From positions 1 to 38,418 of the forward strand of contig JALAGN010000056.1 of the NCBI GenBank assembly GCA_022712415.1: 38,418 bases of DNA, read 5' to 3'. Shown here piece by piece: positions 34,758 to 38,418 of the stretch. The notes below the pieces were generated by a model, which was not told the origin of the DNA, ran no database searches, and saw only the letters and a list, made by a program, of their open reading frames with translations. The position numbers and the translations under genes were made by a program. Source of the stretch: Spiroplasma sp. (lineage in GTDB: Bacteria > Bacillota_I > Bacilli_A > Mycoplasmatales > Mycoplasmataceae). The number at the start of each line of letters is the position of its first letter. The first letter of the stretch is position 1.

Positions 34758-36113
34758 TTATTTACCGAGACAATATTTTTTAAATATATTGTCGATTATT
34801 TCCTCATTGATGTCAGCCAAACCTAAAAGATCGTTGAAAATATCCATCGCTTCACGGAGATCGACATTAATGAGGTCAATTGAAAAGCCGGCAGTAATAT
34901 TTTCGTGGGCTATTGCAACTTTTGTTGCCGCCATTTCTAATTTCGAAATTTCGTTAACGTTCGTTAGAATCAAATCATCTGATTGCGAAATTTTGTTCAT
35001 ATTAAATTTAGTTTCAATCGCTTTCACTAAGTCTTCAATTTCATTGTTGACCGTTGAAATAAAAATAGGGCGCAACGCTTGAAACGTTTTTTGTAATTGT
35101 TTCACTTCGTCTGGCGATAAGAGATCCAATTTGTTGAAAATAAAAATAGTCTTATCTTTATCAACATCAATTAGGTCTTCATATTTTTCGTCATGATCGA
35201 TAATGTATAAAATTAAGTCGGCTGATTGTGAATGTGAAAGCGAACGATCGATTCCGGCTTGCTCTAATTTATTTTCGGTTTTCCTAATTCCGGCTGTATC
35301 TAATAAATGCAGCGTGAAATTCTCTAGTGTAATTTCACCTTCCACAATATCGCGGGTGGTTCCCATTTCGTCCGAGACAATTGCTTTGTCTTCGTTTAAT
35401 AACGCATTTAGGAGCGAAGATTTCCCAACATTAGGTTTACCAAAGATTACTGTTTTCAAACCGTTGTTGGCAACAGAGGCTCGTTTTGAAATCTCTAATG
35501 CTTTTAGTAACTTTACGTTTAGTTCTTTGATTTGTTGTCCAATCTCAATTGGAGTAATGTTTTCAGTCTCTTCATATTCAGGGTAGTCAATAGCGGTTTG
35601 CACTTGTGAAATAATATCCATCACGTTATTTTTCAAAATATTAACAATCGCATTAGTTTTCCCTGCCATATTTTTAGCACTAATTCGTAGTGCCAAATCA
35701 TTTTTAGCTTCAATTAAATCATTAATCCCTTGTGCTTGAATTAGTGAGATCTTTTGGTTGAGGAAAGCACGTTTTGAGAACTCCCCGCGCTCCGCAATAC
35801 GAGCACCATTACGAATAATCGTCTCCATAATCTTTTTAGCGACCAGGACACCACCATGACAGTTAATTTCAATCACATCTTCACCTGTGAAAGAGTTGGG
35901 TGCCACGAAGGTTAAGAGCAGAACTTGATCCAATAACACATCGCCATCAAAAAAATTACGAAGTACAGTTTGTGGCTGTGCCTCGATTTTTTTGGCTAAT
36001 GATTGGTTAACAATTTTAAAAGCGTGTTCACCCGAAATCCGGATGATACAAATTGCTTGCTTAGCAATATTTGTTGCTGGCGCAACAATGGTATCGCTGA
36101 ATGTATTTCTCAT
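34758..36113 (-). CDS. mnmE: tRNA modification GTPase MnmE (TrmE)
   Basis: Intact 451-aa ORF with G1 GKPNVGKSS, G3 DTAG and the C-terminal CLGK motif. Confidence 0.93.
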   Translation of the reverse strand: MRNTFSDTIVAPATNIAKQAICIIRISGEHAFKIVNQSLAKKIEAQPQTVLRNFFDGDVLLDQVLLLTFVAPNSFTGEDVIEINCHGGVLVAKKIMETIIRNGARIAERGEFSKRAFLNQKISLIQAQGINDLIEAKNDLALRISAKNMAGKTNAIVNILKNNVMDIISQVQTAIDYPEYEETENITPIEIGQQIKELNVKLLKALEISKRASVANNGLKTVIFGKPNVGKSSLLNALLNEDKAIVSDEMGTTRDIVEGEITLENFTLHLLDTAGIRKTENKLEQAGIDRSLSHSQSADLILYIIDHDEKYEDLIDVDKDKTIFIFNKLDLLSPDEVKQLQKTFQALRPIFISTVNNEIEDLVKAIETKFNMNKISQSDDLILTNVNEISKLEMAATKVAIAHENITAGFSIDLINVDLREAMDIFNDLLGLADINEEIIDNIFKKYCLGK

Positions 36114-36121
36114 TTTAAAAC

Positions 36122-36622
36122 CTACCTTTTGTACGTTAAAATAATTCTTCTATTTCCGTATTGTCCCACAGTTCGTGTTCGAATCCCTTTGAAATAAGAT
36201 GTTCAAGCATTAACTTTGGCTCGCATTGGTTTCGTCATCGGATTTAACACATGACGAACTCCTGAACGTGTGACGTTCATCGCGATCTTCACAAACTCTT
36301 CTCTCGTCATTGTACTACTTTGTCCCGCAAGTGCGAGGTCGGCAAGCACAATGAGAACATTATTCCTAAAAATGGAATACGATGCTCCTTCAATCAATTC
36401 ACGCAAGATACTTTGTCGGTCATAACTAAAATTTAGATCATGAACATTGACGACAACTTTTAATCCATCTTCAACAAAACGAAAACCAAAGAATTGCATT
36501 CCTGCCATTTGTTCGACAAGCGCTCGCATTTTTTCATACATTGGTTTTAATTTGTCTTTTTCCAAAAATAAAACCACTCCGTCCGAGTCCGTTCCACAAA
36601 AACGAAGGGGGAACTTTTTCAA
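36122..36622 (-). CDS. jag: Jag/KhpB-like (KH + R3H-type) RNA-binding protein; start uncertain
   Basis: This is the 3' part of track ORF 36203..36982, extended through TGA 36203 to TAG 36122-36124. The position between yidC and mnmE is classic for jag. The C-terminus LNPMTKPMRAKVNAW...TRTVGQYGNRRIILTY resembles an R3H domain. I chose TTG 36620-36622 as the first plausible start after the yidC stop. There is no clear SD. Confidence 0.5.
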
Positions 36623-36647
36623 AATAAAGTGGTTTATTTGGTCGATA

Positions 36648-37844
36648 TTAATCTTTAACTTTTGCACTATCTTTTTGCTTTGTCGCAATTTTGCGTGTTT
36701 TAGCTTTTTTTGCTTTGATTTGTTTTGCTTTAATTTCTCGAGCAAAGTGGAATGCAAGTGTTTGCCCAATTTGTCACGATGAAGAGAAAATTCAGTAAAC
36801 CGCGACTCCGGAGGCAACCGTAGCGACAATGAAGATGAATACAACTGCGAATACACCTTGCATAATAAATTGTCTTCTACGTGATTTTTTCTGTTGCGCT
36901 GATAGCAACTGTCCGCGTTGTTTTCGTAATTGTAGCAATAACGGTAACAACATCGTACAAATTTGCAACGGTAGGTAAACAACTAAGAGCGCAAAGTATG
37001 TTCAATGCCCAGCTAATACTTGTTGTCATGGTTGCTCAATCAATTTAATTGAACCAACTTGGGCAACTTTCAAGGCATGCGTTGAACGAACAACAGCATA
37101 CATCGCGAATAGGAATGGCATTGAAGCAAAGGAAGCAATAATGGCTGAGAATGGTGAAATTCCTTCGCGTTTATATAGTTCCATTGTTTCCATTTGTTGT
37201 TTTTGTTTTGAAGCTGGATCTTTTTTACCAGCATATTTCGCTTGAATTTCAGCTTGTTTTGCTGAAACAGCTTGCATTCTTTCTTGGTTTTTTTGTGATT
37301 TTCAAGTAAATGCTAATACAATTCCACGACTCAAGAACGCTGTTAACAAGATCGCAAACAAGGCTGCAATCCCATAACTTGATTTTGATGCATCCATAAT
37401 TCCAGCAGCATTTGTTCCTGAGAATAAACGAATGAATCCAACAAGGACGAAGGCGATTGGATAAACGAAGAATCCATAGTAAGGTGACTTACCAATTGTG
37501 AACGCCTCGCCTCAATTTGAAATCTGTAAGTAGTCATATTCGACAATGTCAGAACCACTTACCCCAAATCAATGAGTTTTATATCCTTGGTCATCTAACG
37601 AACGGATAACAATTTCAAATGACACTCCGGGACTATAAACTTTATTCCCCGTCATATCAGTTACTTGACTTACGGTGTAACTACTCATGAACATTTGTAC
37701 ACAACCTCATAACATCGACATCAAAAGGAAGATCATTAATGTGATTTTTGTTCATTTTCAAATTTCTTTGAATATTTTCTTAGTTTTATCTTTGGGACTT
37801 ACACTGCCTTTGTTCAGGTATTTCCCATAGTCTTGTTTGTACAT
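36648..37844 (-). CDS. yidC: Membrane protein insertase YidC
   Basis: ATG 37842-37844 abuts the rnpA stop and follows AGGGGA. A single frame runs through many TGA, including track ORF 37026..37277, to TAA 36648-36650. A lipobox-like MLWGC is present. The conserved SGVAVYWIFSSSWQIGQ segment and a Lys-rich tail are present. The product is 398 aa. Confidence 0.88.
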
Positions 37845-38192
37845 CTAAGATTCCCCTTTTTGTTTTCCGTCAAGCGCGATTAATTTTTGTTTTAATAGAA
37901 TTAAATTATCTCGATAATCAAAATTAAAATATGTATTTCTTACAATAATTACAATTTTTTGTTTAATATTTTTTACATCCGGTAGTATTTCACGAACCAT
38001 GGCTCGAACTTGCCTTTTGATTTTGTTTCTTGCAACTGCGTTGCCCAGTTTTTTTCCAACCGATATGCCGTAATGAAAATGATCATCACTTGGTGTCCGA
38101 TAGATAAAAAATTGGTTTGTTTTCAAACAGTTACGTTTGCCAATTATGGTTTGAAACTCATAATTGTTTTTAATTATATTAATGTTTTTCAT
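37845..38192 (-). CDS. rnpA: Ribonuclease P protein component
   Basis: Intact 115-aa basic ORF with the RNR-type motif (GNAVARNKIKRQVR), directly downstream of rpmH. Confidence 0.88.
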   Translation of the reverse strand: MKNINIIKNNYEFQTIIGKRNCLKTNQFFIYRTPSDDHFHYGISVGKKLGNAVARNKIKRQVRAMVREILPDVKNIKQKIVIIVRNTYFNFDYRDNLILLKQKLIALDGKQKGES

Positions 38193-38196
38193 TTAA

Positions 38197-38331
38197 TTAA
38201 GCAGAAAGTTTAGCGCGGCCTTTGGCACGTCTAGCTTTTAACACTTTACGTCCACCTTTAGTTGCCATGCGAGCTCTAAACCCATGGGTGTGGGCATGCT
38301 TAATTTTACTTGGTTGTCATGTTCTTTTCAT
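38197..38331 (-). CDS. rpmH: 50S ribosomal protein L34
   Basis: This gene is not in the track. ATG 38329-38331 follows GAGAGGTGA. The translation is [44 protein letters not shown], with one TGA-encoded Trp. The stop is TAA 38197-38199. Confidence 0.93.
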
Positions 38332-38371
38332 TGCTTCTCACCTCTCAAAATATGCTACATTTCCATTAAAA

Positions 38372-38384
38372 ATTATACATTATA
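38372..38384 (-). promoter_or_regulatory. Tandem -10 boxes (TATAATGTATAAT) upstream of rpmH
   Basis: The reverse complement of attatacattata gives two TATAAT hexamers 40-55 nt upstream of the rpmH ATG. Confidence 0.4.
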
Positions 38385-38418
38385 AACACCCCTAAATGGG
38401 GATTTTTCGATACTTTTG

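Noticed and set aside
36177-36186. GTTCGAATCC, a perfect tRNA T-loop-like decamer on the plus strand.
   Set aside because: The flanking bases (tcgtg / ccttt) cannot form a T-stem, and no acceptor or anticodon arms can be drawn. The decamer lies inside the jag-like CDS (encoding ...GIRTRT... on the other strand). I found no tRNA or rRNA genes anywhere in the window.
36623-36982. The N-terminal roughly 120 codons of track ORF 36203..36982 (MFTYRCKFVRCCYRYCYNY...).
   Set aside because: This stretch is the 3' end of yidC read in another frame. In the yidC frame the same DNA gives the conserved SGVAVYWIFSSSWQIGQ segment and the Lys-rich tail, ending at TAA 36648. Only the part downstream of that stop is treated as the jag-like gene.
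38332-38418. oriC or DnaA boxes upstream of rpmH, and the small cccc/gggg hairpin with a T-run at 38389-38406.
   Set aside because: The 87 bp available contain no TTATCCACA-like box. The 4-bp stem is too weak to call, and the window ends before any dnaA-side sequence.

Overview
This is an AT-rich Mollicutes-type chromosome segment, most likely from a Spiroplasma. Conserved genes are interrupted by in-frame TGA at positions where Trp fits, so the window uses genetic code 4 and the supplied standard-code ORF track is badly fragmented. Re-joining ORFs by hand across TGA gives 40 protein genes. I found no rRNA, tRNA, CRISPR array or mobile element.

Layout:
- The right edge holds the origin-proximal block rpmH-rnpA-yidC-jag-mnmE-tatD on the minus strand.
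- 1-22.4 kb is a tight minus-strand housekeeping run: FtsX-like permease, fba, a membrane protein, a secreted orphan, pyrG, rpoE, an HD hydrolase, gltX, ychF, parB, parA, rsmG, mnmG, metG, hpt, purB, purA, pth, prs.
- rsmA and rnmV (24974-26306) are also on the minus strand, between the two plus-strand islands.
- Plus-strand island 1 (22.7-25.0 kb) carries an ABC-F ATPase, a stand-alone 53-aa Cys/His micro-protein that is absent from the ORF track, and a DUF386/YhcH-like gene.
- Plus-strand island 2 (26.4-33.9 kb) carries five mreB paralogues. One has degenerate nucleotide-binding motifs. A hidden 68-aa two-TM protein and an ATPase plus ABC-2 permease pair sit among them.

The mreB locus is the most interesting system here. 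Multi-MreB cytoskeletons in Spiroplasma are already established biology, so any novelty lies in the one-locus organisation and the embedded membrane genes. All coordinates come from manual code-4 translation. No database search was possible.
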